IMG/VR virus record: IMGVR_UViG_3300030376_000410
Span: 1 to 46,503 of that record
Strand: one strand, 5' to 3'
Length of the DNA: 46,503 bases
Source of the DNA: a virus
Taxonomy: Duplodnaviria > Caudoviricetes
The notes beneath the pieces were generated by a model. The model ran no database searches. It had not been told where the DNA came from and saw nothing but the letters and a program-made list of their open reading frames with translations. Shown here piece after piece: positions 18,792-27,818 of this stretch; position 1 is the stretch's first letter; the number at the start of each line of letters is the position of its first letter. The translations under genes and the position numbers were made by a program.

Positions 18792-21700
18792 TAGTTGTTC
18801 TCCAGTGTTTGTACTTTCGCTTCTAGGGTTTCAATGCGTGTCTGTGCTTCTTGTAAGGCTTTGATAGCCATCCACATCATCTGTTGTTCTTTAACAGCCA
18901 TACGAGTAGTGTTTTCGTTTACGTTAAATTCAGATACAACTTCTGGGTTGTGAGATTCTACTTCTTGAGCAATAACGCCTAATTTCTTGGTGTCAGAATC
19001 AGCGTCAGCATTGTAATGGAACTTCTTTAAGCTCCACTGCTTTAGTGAATCCCATTGGGACTCAAGGTTCTCAATGTTCTTTTTCTCACGCTCGTCTGAC
19101 AGGTTTGAGTTGTTGCCGCTATAGTTATAAATACCACCATTGACGTTTACATAAAAAGTGTAAGCGGGAGATGTTGTATTGTAGACATGATAGGTGTTTG
19201 AGCTAGCGATGCTTGAATAAGCGCTGCCGTCAGCAGCTACTTGAAAGCCGCTTGTTCCAATTGTCGTAACTGACTTACCCACCAGCAAGTTGCCTGAAGC
19301 ATCAATGCGGAGGCGTTCTGCATTATTGGTTGCAAAAATAAGATTTTTATTTTCGTAATGCCAAAGGTAGCCTTCTTCTGAGCTATCTAATCCAACAAAC
19401 AAACCATCGCTTGCAGTGGTACCAGTAGTGCTATTTTGCAGGATGACTGCCGCTCCTGAGCTATCTCCTGATTCAATTCTGGCCTTTAAAAATCCGCTAG
19501 AATTTTTTACATGAAGAACATCAGACGGACTCGAAGTTCCTATACCCACGTTGCCTGATGAGTCAATACGCATGCGTTCATCAGAACCTGTAGCAAAACG
19601 TATGTCTTCTGCTCTAAAACCTAGTGGCTTTAAGGCTGAACCTGCTACGTTAGATACTTGTAAGGCAAAGTTACCGCTGCCTACTTCACCTATAGCGTCA
19701 CTGAAAGTACCCATTGCATCAGTGCCAAGGGTGAAAGACGTATGTCCACCAGAGTCTATACGCATGCGTTCTACAGCCGCTGAGTTTGTTGGGGCTGTTT
19801 TGAAAGTTAAATGGCCACCCGGAGCAGTTGAACTTGCGTCAGCTATGACATTTATGGACGTTACAACCCGCGCCCCAGTTCCGCTTGTGTCTGAAGAAAA
19901 GAACTCTATATCTCCTAGTGCATAATCACTTCCAGACGTTTCATCACGTCCGCAATTCAATCTCAGCACCGGCAAAGTTGCGTCTTTTATTTCTAAATTT
20001 TTCTGGGGACTGCTAGTACCAATACCCACGCCTGTACTATCAATGATCATACGCTCAGTACCAGCAGTATCAAAGCGTATCTTGTCCTCATCACTGGACT
20101 CTTCTACTTGAATCTTAGTGTCTTCATCAGCATCTTTTAAGATCGTAGCAGTATTAATGTCCGTCTGCGTAAGTGTGATAGCCTCTACAGCAGCACCGTT
20201 TGGAGGAGCCGTAGAGAATGTCAGAGTAGTGCCAGAGATACTAAATGTACTCTTGTTTTGATATACACCGTCAATGTAGACTTGTACATTATTTTCATTA
20301 ACAGGATTAGCTGAAAGGGTCAAAGTAGTATCACTACCATCACCTGTCATTGTCGCTATACTAGTGTTAGACCCGGATACTGCTGTGCGTACAGAGTATA
20401 CAATTAATGTATTACCATTAGCTGGTGCAGTTCCAAAGGTAAGCGTAGTGCCAGAGACACTGTAAGCTGCTTGGTTCTGAAAGACACCGCCATTAAATAC
20501 GATCAGGTCATTCTCATCATCAATAGACTGTGACAGTGTAAATGCAGTAGTAGAGCCATCACCTGAAAAACTATTACGAGTAAAAGTATTGGTTCCACCG
20601 CCACCACCAATCTCAGCGAACTCAGTACCGTTATGGCCTTCAAAGCGTCCAAGAGTACTGTTATATCGGAACTGTCCTGCTGCACCACTAGGACGTTGTG
20701 CTGTAGTACCTACGGGTACAAGAAGTGCATCAGTATTAGAACCTAAGTCAAGAGAGACTGTAGGTGACGCTTGGTTAATACCTACACGATTGTTACTAGA
20801 GTCTACCTTTAGCGTGTTTGTATCTACAGTGACATCACCAGAGACTGTAAGACTTCCTAGTGTACCAACACTTGTAACATTAGTCTGTGCTGCGGTAGCA
20901 AGTGTACCTGTAATATTATTTACTACTAAGTTAGCAGCAGTATACCCAGTGGCGCTAGTGTCTACTGTAGCCGCAGGCTCTGTTTGAGTGTCTGTAAATA
21001 ATCTAAATGTATTATCAGTAGAAGAATCATAAAATAATCCAGCAAACTTAGTTGTACTAGACTCTACATATTTACCAAAGAATCCAAAGTCTGTAGAATT
21101 ACCTGAGTTAGCATTTGTAAGACCTGTAAAGTTATCATCCGATACTATAGGGCCTGTTTGTGTAGTTGTACCTGATACAGTTAAGTTGCCTGATACTGTA
21201 AGATTGTTGCTTACAGTCACATTACTAGGAAGACCTACTGTGATCGTACCGCTGCTTTCTGCTACGTCTACTTCATTAGAAGTTCCTGAGAAAGTTATTG
21301 TTCCGCCTAAGCTAGTAGCAGTGCTATTAGAACCATCAGACACAGTAATTGCGCTGTTTGCTAATTTGCTATTAGCTATTGAACCCGCAAGCTGTGCGTT
21401 AGTAATTGTACCTGTAAGGCTAGAAGTAGGATAACTTGTTGCATCACTTAAATCAAAGGCAGGGGTAGCATCGGAAGCTCCTAAAGCTACGCTAACGCCT
21501 CCAAAAGATACACTACTGTTAGCAAGCTTCGCATTTGCAATAGAACCTGCAAGTTGTGCATTAGTAATTGTACCGCTTAGTGAACTGGTAGGATAATTAG
21601 TAGCATCACTAAGATCAAAAGCAGGCGTAGCATCAGAAGCTCCTAGTGCAACAGAAATGCCTCCAAAAGAGACTGTAGAGTTTGATAGCTTGCTATTTGC

Positions 21701-22900
21701 AATACTGCCTGCAAGCATAGTGTTTGTTACAGTACCTGTGTCTCCTGTTCCTACTATGTTACCTGTAGTTGTAGGTAGAGTAAGAGTAGTATTACCACTA
21801 AATGAAGAGTGTGCTGGAGCCTGTAGTCTTGCATAATGTGCATTAGAAGATTCACAATAAAAGTCTATGTAAGATTGAGTGCCACCATTTTTAATAGCAA
21901 TGGCACCTTGAGAAATTTGCACACCATTAGTAGAGCCACCACCTACACCAAGAGATGTAGTAATCTGTGCAGCAGCAGGTATTCCTATAGTTACTGCATT
22001 CCCTGTAGCAGAAGTTTCTATTTCATTAGAAGTACCGCCAATAGTCAATGTCTCACTATCTAAGTCAATAGCAATAGTACCACTATCTGTAGTAAGATCT
22101 AAATCTTGAGCAGTTACCTGTGCATCTACATAAGCTTTGATAGATTGTTGCGTAGCTAATGATGTAGCACTATCAGAACTAAAATTATCTTCATCAAGAA
22201 TAGCAGTAACTGTAGAGCCACTACCTAGTACAAGGCTGTCCAGATTTGCAGTACCATCAATATATAAGTCTTTCCACTCAGATCCTGAAGCACCTAAATC
22301 ATAAGTATTATCATCACTAGGAAGTAAGTTAGAAGCTACATCAGCACTAAAGGCTACCGTATCTGTAGCAGCATCACCAAAGGTTAAATTACCTGCAATA
22401 GTTGCATTGCCTGTTACTGTAAGATTACCACCAACACTCAAATTATCTGCAAGAGTTGTAACGCCTGTAACGCCTAAAGTACCTGTAATGGTAGCGTTTG
22501 CATCTACATCTAAAGTATCTACGTGGGCTGTACCGTCTAAAAATAAATCTTTAAATTCTAAAGAAGACGTACCTAGATCAATATCATTATCTGTAACAGG
22601 TACAATAGCACCATCTTGAATACGGATCTGCTCTACAGCAGCACTAGAAACTTCTACATAAAAACCAAGACGGTTGTTAGTTCCATCTACTTCGATCTTG
22701 TTAAGAAAATCAAGATCACCAATTTTAAAAACATTACCACCTTGTCCAGCAGTGCCATCGTGTCTGTGACCTGTACTAGATGAACTTCCAGCAGAATAAC
22801 TAAAAGCATTTAAAAGTTGATTATATTCATTATTAAACAAAGATGCTGATATAGTATCCCCGTCAGAAAATGTACTTTGTCTTGTATAGCTTTGAGCCAT
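18791..22900 (-). CDS. Main tail fibre with C-terminal peptidase S74 chaperone
   Basis: 1369 aa; N-terminal YTRQSTFSDGDTI...FNNEYNQL anchor, Ser/Thr/Gly-rich repeats, ERMRIDSSG repeats, LSDEREKKNI...LGVIAQEV...IKALQE. Confidence 0.9.
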   Translation of the reverse strand: MAQSYTRQSTFSDGDTISASLFNNEYNQLLNAFSYSAGSSSSTGHRHDGTAGQGGNVFKIGDLDFLNKIEVDGTNNRLGFYVEVSSAAVEQIRIQDGAIVPVTDNDIDLGTSSLEFKDLFLDGTAHVDTLDVDANATITGTLGVTGVTTLADNLSVGGNLTVTGNATIAGNLTFGDAATDTVAFSADVASNLLPSDDNTYDLGASGSEWKDLYIDGTANLDSLVLGSGSTVTAILDEDNFSSDSATSLATQQSIKAYVDAQVTAQDLDLTTDSGTIAIDLDSETLTIGGTSNEIETSATGNAVTIGIPAAAQITTSLGVGGGSTNGVQISQGAIAIKNGGTQSYIDFYCESSNAHYARLQAPAHSSFSGNTTLTLPTTTGNIVGTGDTGTVTNTMLAGSIANSKLSNSTVSFGGISVALGASDATPAFDLSDATNYPTSSLSGTITNAQLAGSIANAKLANSSVSFGGVSVALGASDATPAFDLSDATSYPTSSLTGTITNAQLAGSIANSKLANSAITVSDGSNSTATSLGGTITFSGTSNEVDVAESSGTITVGLPSNVTVSNNLTVSGNLTVSGTTTQTGPIVSDDNFTGLTNANSGNSTDFGFFGKYVESSTTKFAGLFYDSSTDNTFRLFTDTQTEPAATVDTSATGYTAANLVVNNITGTLATAAQTNVTSVGTLGSLTVSGDVTVDTNTLKVDSSNNRVGINQASPTVSLDLGSNTDALLVPVGTTAQRPSGAAGQFRYNSTLGRFEGHNGTEFAEIGGGGGTNTFTRNSFSGDGSTTAFTLSQSIDDENDLIVFNGGVFQNQAAYSVSGTTLTFGTAPANGNTLIVYSVRTAVSGSNTSIATMTGDGSDTTLTLSANPVNENNVQVYIDGVYQNKSTFSISGTTLTFSTAPPNGAAVEAITLTQTDINTATILKDADEDTKIQVEESSDEDKIRFDTAGTERMIIDSTGVGIGTSSPQKNLEIKDATLPVLRLNCGRDETSGSDYALGDIEFFSSDTSGTGARVVTSINVIADASSTAPGGHLTFKTAPTNSAAVERMRIDSGGHTSFTLGTDAMGTFSDAIGEVGSGNFALQVSNVAGSALKPLGFRAEDIRFATGSDERMRIDSSGNVGIGTSSPSDVLHVKNSSGFLKARIESGDSSGAAVILQNSTTGTTASDGLFVGLDSSEEGYLWHYENKNLIFATNNAERLRIDASGNLLVGKSVTTIGTSGFQVAADGSAYSSIASSNTYHVYNTTSPAYTFYVNVNGGIYNYSGNNSNLSDEREKKNIENLESQWDSLKQWSLKKFHYNADADSDTKKLGVIAQEVESHNPEVVSEFNVNENTTRMAVKEQQMMWMAIKALQEAQTRIETLEAKVQTLENN
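21355..21735. repeat. 54-codon internal repeat in main fibre (2 full copies plus a partial)
   Basis: GTITNAQLAGSIANxKLxNSxVSFGGxSVALGASDATPAFDLSDATxYPTSSL repeated; boundaries approximate. Confidence 0.85.
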
Positions 22901-22903
22901 TTA

Positions 22904-24508
22904 TTATCTCCTACCTGAAGGGGTATAATCTACATATAAACCATTAATAGTAAATGGTGCATTTTGATCTGAACTTGTTACAATAAAACTTACAGTATGT
23001 CCACTACCTTGTATTGCTTGACGTACTAATGGATCAGGAGTAGCTCCAAAAACATTAGTACCAAAAATGCCTGAACCAAAAAGACTAGGCAAAGGAATAC
23101 TATCTAAAATGTAATCTAAAGGTTGTGCGATAAGAGGATCTTCATAATCATAGCGCACACGTAATGTTGGTTGAATACCGCCTTCAGGACTTACAGAAAT
23201 CCTGACATAACGCATAGTTTTTTTAGTTCCTACATCACCAAAATCTAAATTAGGTGTTTGATACGAAGCTGTAATATTTGCAGGCGTACCCCCATAATCA
23301 TACGAATTACCTATATTATGATTATAAATATAACCATCACCGTCCCCATGAAATGTTTTTTCAACACCGTCGGAAGCAAAATCAGATGTTATAGCTGTAG
23401 CTTTAATTCCTTGTAATTCTGAAAACTGGAAACCTTCATTTGTTAAAGTAGCTATAAAACCTTTAGCAGAACTATTAGCTGTACCATTAGTATTATAAAA
23501 TAATCTATATTGTGAATTATCTCTTAATACTACACTGCTAATAGTTAAAGTATTTACACTATCTGCTATAGTTTGAATAATAGATTGTATAGGTCTACTT
23601 ACAGCACCTAACTCAACGTCTCCAATACGGGCTGTACCTGCAACAGTTCTTAAACCATCTGGGCTTAAAAATAACAAGTTACCGCCCATTTCTTGAATAC
23701 TTGAAGCACTAATACAACCTACATTTTTTGTTACAGGCTGTATTGTAATATTTGAAGAATCATTAATATTCAACAATTTAAAAATACTATTTTTACAAAA
23801 AATAACAAGATCGTTACGAAAACTAGCTAAGCCTACTACTTGATCTTCAAGTACAATAGAGCCTGAACCACCTCCTGTAAAATCATCAGGATCGTTTGTT
23901 TTACTATAAAAAATTGTATTTTCTGCACCTTCGGCACCTGAAACTACAAGATGTTTATCATGGATAGTACCTACTGTCGGAGCAACTGTACCACTTACTG
24001 TAACTTCACCAGCAAAAAAAGTTCTTGTTGCTAATGCCCCTGTTCCTTCCATTCTAAAAAAATAAGGTTTATTAGATCCGTCACATATGATAATTTCACC
24101 GTAATCTGAAATACCTTCAAATAATGAAAAACTTGTTTGATTCTGATCACTACGAGTTAAATCTGTACGGCCTGTAAAGGTTGTAAAATTATCTCCACTG
24201 CTGTGTACACTTTGCTTAGATATAGAAATCCAAGATGTACCATCCTGACTAAAAAAGATTCCTGTACCTGAGCAAACTATTACACCATCAGCATAAACTT
24301 TAATACCTAATATTTTATTAGAACCATTAGGTCTTACGGATGACCCACCACCAAAAATACTAAAACCATTTACACGCCTATAGCCGCCATTAATATCTAC
24401 TTCAAAATTTGTAAGCTTAGAAGCAATACCCGGCTGCTGAAGCATTTCAAGTTGGTTAAGACTTGTATAAAGTCCTCCTCTAGCTGATAAACCAAATGGC
24501 TGGGACAT
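22904..24508 (-). CDS. Tail tube/nozzle protein (tail tubular protein B or P22 gp10-like)
   Basis: 534 aa beta-rich; GGYRRVNG, VTKNVGC and FLSPDGLRTV motifs; sits between adaptor and fibre genes. Confidence 0.75.
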   Translation of the reverse strand: MSQPFGLSARGGLYTSLNQLEMLQQPGIASKLTNFEVDINGGYRRVNGFSIFGGGSSVRPNGSNKILGIKVYADGVIVCSGTGIFFSQDGTSWISISKQSVHSSGDNFTTFTGRTDLTRSDQNQTSFSLFEGISDYGEIIICDGSNKPYFFRMEGTGALATRTFFAGEVTVSGTVAPTVGTIHDKHLVVSGAEGAENTIFYSKTNDPDDFTGGGSGSIVLEDQVVGLASFRNDLVIFCKNSIFKLLNINDSSNITIQPVTKNVGCISASSIQEMGGNLLFLSPDGLRTVAGTARIGDVELGAVSRPIQSIIQTIADSVNTLTISSVVLRDNSQYRLFYNTNGTANSSAKGFIATLTNEGFQFSELQGIKATAITSDFASDGVEKTFHGDGDGYIYNHNIGNSYDYGGTPANITASYQTPNLDFGDVGTKKTMRYVRISVSPEGGIQPTLRVRYDYEDPLIAQPLDYILDSIPLPSLFGSGIFGTNVFGATPDPLVRQAIQGSGHTVSFIVTSSDQNAPFTINGLYVDYTPSGRR

Positions 24509-25278
24509 TAGACAAACCTCATACGATCATCTTTAAACTCACCCGGATTAGGCTCCATTAAGTTTAGCTTCATCAAACGTAACCCACGTTTGTAATCTTC
24601 AAGAGCAAAGGCAGAAAACTGTGGACTTTCTTTAAATTGATAAATATAATATCTAGCTCTATTAAGTAATACAGGCTTATAAGTATTTGCAAATACAATT
24701 TCATCACTATATAAAGAAAGCTCTGTAGGTAGTACGTAAGCATAAAACCAAATACGGTATACTTTATCTGGTATAGCACTCAAACCAAACTTACGATTGT
24801 CAGGACTTTTGATTACACGATCAGGTACACCGTACTGTTGTGTATCTGCATCATCTAAGTTTTCTGAAATACGACGGTAATCTTTCCAAGCTTCTGTTGT
24901 AGTAAAACGTAAGTTACGTGCAACATAAGGCGCGGCTTCGCCTGATACACCTACAGTAGTAAGATAAAAGTTATCCCAATCAATGTAGCCATAATCAGTA
25001 GTTAGCGAAGAACTAGAAGGCTTTAAAGTATACCAGCGTTGTCCTGCTACAGTTTCTACATACACATTACCGTACATAGGATCTGTTTCGCCACTCAAGT
25101 TAGCAGCAAGGAAAGGCCATTGAGGTTCTTCATTGACAATATCTAGATACGCACGATTAATAGCATCTTTTACGTGTTGTTGAATACCCACAGCAGAAGC
25201 AAAGCTAGAACTTGTAAGCTCTACCTCATTCATCTCCCGAAGGAGTTCATTTGCTAAATCTAGATATGTTGCTGCCAT
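24508..25278 (-). CDS. Head-tail adaptor (tail tubular protein A-like)
   Basis: 256 aa; TYLDLANELLREMNEVEL...INRAY.DI...WPFL motif; downstream of capsid gene. Confidence 0.75.
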   Translation of the reverse strand: MAATYLDLANELLREMNEVELTSSSFASAVGIQQHVKDAINRAYLDIVNEEPQWPFLAANLSGETDPMYGNVYVETVAGQRWYTLKPSSSSLTTDYGYIDWDNFYLTTVGVSGEAAPYVARNLRFTTTEAWKDYRRISENLDDADTQQYGVPDRVIKSPDNRKFGLSAIPDKVYRIWFYAYVLPTELSLYSDEIVFANTYKPVLLNRARYYIYQFKESPQFSAFALEDYKRGLRLMKLNLMEPNPGEFKDDRMRFV

Positions 25279-25451
25279 TATTTATTATTCCTTGCCTTTT
25301 CTTTTGCTTTAGCAGATAAATCTTTAAAGTGATACAACCTTACACTTGTTTTAGTATGAGTTTTATTTGTGTGAAGTTGACCATTTGGCATCTTATGAGT
25401 ATTACCTTTGTACTCAGTACCGTCTCTTTTATAGTGCTTAACGCCTTTCAT
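25278..25451 (-). CDS. Small basic His-rich protein (not in ORF track)
   Basis: 57 aa MKGVKHYKRDGTEYKGNTHKMPNGQLHTNKTHTKTSVRLYHFKDLSAKAKEKARNNK; ATGA and TAATG couplings on both sides. Confidence 0.8.
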   Translation of the reverse strand: MKGVKHYKRDGTEYKGNTHKMPNGQLHTNKTHTKTSVRLYHFKDLSAKAKEKARNNK

Positions 25452-25621
25452 TTCATTGAATTCCGTGATTCTTTAGAAGAACAGTGTCTTTCCATATCTT
25501 GAACAGAAGCATAGCCGCCTGTATTATAAGTACTACGTTGTACAGTGCTGCCTCCCATTTTACCTTCACGTACCATACTACCGTACATCATACCTTTCTT
25601 TTTATCTTTGCCGTACATCAT
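25448..25621 (-). CDS. Small protein built from repeated (K/R)xx(M/K/Y)xxG(G/S) motifs (not in ORF track)
   Basis: 57 aa MMYGKDKKKGMMYGSMVREGKMGGSTVQRSTYNTGGYASVQDMERHCSSKESRNSMK; translationally coupled on both sides. Confidence 0.8.
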   Translation of the reverse strand: MMYGKDKKKGMMYGSMVREGKMGGSTVQRSTYNTGGYASVQDMERHCSSKESRNSMK

Positions 25622-25827
25622 TAGTCTTGCTCCATTGAAAAAGTTTTACTAATTGCTCTAGCTCCTTCAAACTCTGTAGCGCATTCAGGGTCAGAGTCTT
25701 TATTAAAAATTTTATCAAAGTTATCTTTGTAACGTGCGTAATTAGTTCCTTTGCGGATTCTACTGCCTTTACCAGCAATAGTTTGTCTCATCATCATAGG
25801 CTTTGAATCTGAACCAATTTGAGGCAT
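25621..25827 (-). CDS. Hypothetical protein
   Basis: 68 aa from MPQIGSD with GGAG RBS; contains GKGSRIR...YKDNFDKIF. Confidence 0.75.
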   Translation of the reverse strand: MPQIGSDSKPMMMRQTIAGKGSRIRKGTNYARYKDNFDKIFNKDSDPECATEFEGARAISKTFSMEQD

Positions 25828-25840
25828 TATAATCTCCAAT

Positions 25841-25873
25841 AAAAAAAGGAAAGGGGCCACCGAAGCAGCCCCC
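25841..25873 (-). terminator. Rho-independent terminator after major capsid gene
   Basis: Minus strand GGGGCTGC-TTCG-GTGGCCCC followed by TTTCCTTTTTTT. Confidence 0.85.
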
Positions 25874-25884
25874 ACCTAAAAGGT

Positions 25885-26874
25885 CTAGTCGATACCGTAA
25901 AAGGCTGAGACCAGAGCTTCTGGACGCAGTACCTTAGCACCGTAAACGTGTAGACCACGTACAATATCACCAAAGCTTGAAGGATCACGGATCACTTCAG
26001 TGCTGGTAATAGTTTGAGCCGTAGCCGTAGCAGACATGTGACCAGCCAAGCACTTACCAGCAGCGTTAGACGTTGCAGCAATGTTGTTCGACTTGTACAT
26101 ATCAAATCCACGAAGCTTGCCAGAGCTTACCAAACCGTTACGGATTGAGCCTTGGCCTGCGTTGAAGTCTACTGACAAGAGCTTAGAAGAGCTTTGTGCA
26201 AGCACTTCGTAGAACTCAGGATTAGCTACGAACCATCGTCCTTCTTCTGGGATGTTTTGCTCGTCTAGCAAACGTGCCATACGTGCCATCACATCAATAG
26301 GATCATGCTCAGAAGCAGCAAAACCAATGTCCAAGTTACCAGTACCATCAAAAGTACCAGCAGCAAGATCAGTAGCACTATCCGTACCCATGCTGTGGTT
26401 TGGAGATGAATCTGGAACACCGGCAAACATAGTAGCCAGTACACCTGAGTCAAAAGCATCACGCAAAGAGTAAGCTGCTGAAGACGTAGCAACGTCACGG
26501 AAGTTAACGTGAGACATGTTAGTTTCAATGTCATCTACGATAAACTTAAATGCGTTAGCAGTGTCAACAACCAAAGTTACTTCTTGGTCAGTCAACTTAG
26601 TTTGCGTTACATCTTGACCACGCTCATACTGGTAAACAGTAATTTCAGGCTCTTTGATGATTCGTACACTATCACCGAATGCTGCGATTTCACCCGCATA
26701 GTCAGTGTTCGTAATACCTTCAATCACAGAAGCCTTACGGAAAAAGTTTAGTACCTGCTTGGAATAAACTTTAGGTAGGAAAAACGAGTTAGTTTGTCCT
26801 GATACAGAGTTACCAAAGTTAGCATCGGTATCTGTAGACGGTTCAAAAAATTGGTCACTTACGTTGTTAGCCAT
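25885..26874 (-). CDS. Major capsid protein (HK97 fold)
   Basis: 329 aa; FLPKVYSK, ITNTDYAGEI..FGDSVRIIKEP, LDEQNIPEEGRW and FGDIVRGLHVYGAKVLRPE motifs; strong RBS and downstream terminator. Confidence 0.92.
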   Translation of the reverse strand: MANNVSDQFFEPSTDTDANFGNSVSGQTNSFFLPKVYSKQVLNFFRKASVIEGITNTDYAGEIAAFGDSVRIIKEPEITVYQYERGQDVTQTKLTDQEVTLVVDTANAFKFIVDDIETNMSHVNFRDVATSSAAYSLRDAFDSGVLATMFAGVPDSSPNHSMGTDSATDLAAGTFDGTGNLDIGFAASEHDPIDVMARMARLLDEQNIPEEGRWFVANPEFYEVLAQSSSKLLSVDFNAGQGSIRNGLVSSGKLRGFDMYKSNNIAATSNAAGKCLAGHMSATATAQTITSTEVIRDPSSFGDIVRGLHVYGAKVLRPEALVSAFYGID

Positions 26875-26902
26875 GTTAATATTCTCCTAATAACACAATT
26901 AA

Positions 26903-27724
26903 TTATGCTACTACACGGCCCTCCATCATTGCTTGTTTAATATCTTCTTCATATTTATCAAACTGATCTAGGGACATAGCAGCGATTTCCCGTTCAGTCC
27001 AGATCTTAGGTTGACCAGCATCTACGTTAGTTGTTTTAGTTGATACCATATCTGCTGCCGAACCTTGAGATTTCTTTCTGGGCTGTTGTTTTTGAGTAAT
27101 ACCAGTTTCCAATTTATAAAGATCAATAGCTTTTGAAGCTAAAGCAACATTATCAGGGTTGTTATAAACCCAATCTTGAATCTGTTCAGGTTGCTCTTTA
27201 GCCCACGCATGAAACTGCTCATCCCCTCTGATGTCCTCAAAGTCTGGATGACGCTGTTGCAAAGTGGTTTCAGCCTCTCTACGCAATACTTCAGACTCAC
27301 GTTGCCGCATAGCCTGTAGTTGCGCTTCAAGTTCTGCTACCTGCCGTTGACTCTGCATATGTGCTACAGATTCAACAGTGTTATACAGATCAGGATACTC
27401 CTCTTTAAAACTTTCTAACTCTTCTTCAGACTTAGGCGGTTCATAACGAGGTTGTGCTTGTTGAGCCATCGCAAGGAGTTCTTGTTCCTTTTGTTTAAAC
27501 TCTCCAAGTTTTTGATCATAATGTTTCTTTAAATCATCGTATCGTTTCTTATAGTTAGTCCTCTTACGAGGTTGAGCATCTTCTTCAGGGGCCTCTTCAG
27601 GGGTAGCCTGTGATTCTGGCTCAAAAAATAATCCATCTGCACTGCCTCTACTGGGCTTGTCTGGCGTGTGCCAAGACTTTTTAGCATTATAAGGATTACC
27701 AACTTCTTCTTGTACTTCTGACAT
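26903..27724 (-). CDS. Capsid scaffolding protein
   Basis: Acidic coiled-coil protein directly upstream of MCP; NYKKRYDDLKKHYD and HPDF..I...F..W motifs; start revised to ATG 27724 after AAGGAG. Confidence 0.8.
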   Translation of the reverse strand: MSEVQEEVGNPYNAKKSWHTPDKPSRGSADGLFFEPESQATPEEAPEEDAQPRKRTNYKKRYDDLKKHYDQKLGEFKQKEQELLAMAQQAQPRYEPPKSEEELESFKEEYPDLYNTVESVAHMQSQRQVAELEAQLQAMRQRESEVLRREAETTLQQRHPDFEDIRGDEQFHAWAKEQPEQIQDWVYNNPDNVALASKAIDLYKLETGITQKQQPRKKSQGSAADMVSTKTTNVDAGQPKIWTEREIAAMSLDQFDKYEEDIKQAMMEGRVVA

Positions 27725-27740
27725 TCTCAATCTCCTTCAC

Positions 27741-27811
27741 GGGGCTTGTGTCTTGCAAGGTAGCCATATTAACTCCGTCGAGTTTATGGGGCTTGTCTTA
27801 CCAAGGTAGCC
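27741..27811 (-). promoter_or_regulatory. Tandem structured RNA element in scaffold/capsid leader
   Basis: Two copies of GGCTACCTTG-N6/7-CAAGCCCC separated by an AACTC-GACG-GAGTT hairpin, ending 3 nt before the RBS. Confidence 0.6.
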
Positions 27812-27818
27812 GTAAAAA

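Noticed and set aside
16692-19600. Diversity-generating retroelement in the tail fibre region
   Set aside because: No reverse transcriptase; repeats are short, in-frame and lack adenine-specific mismatches.
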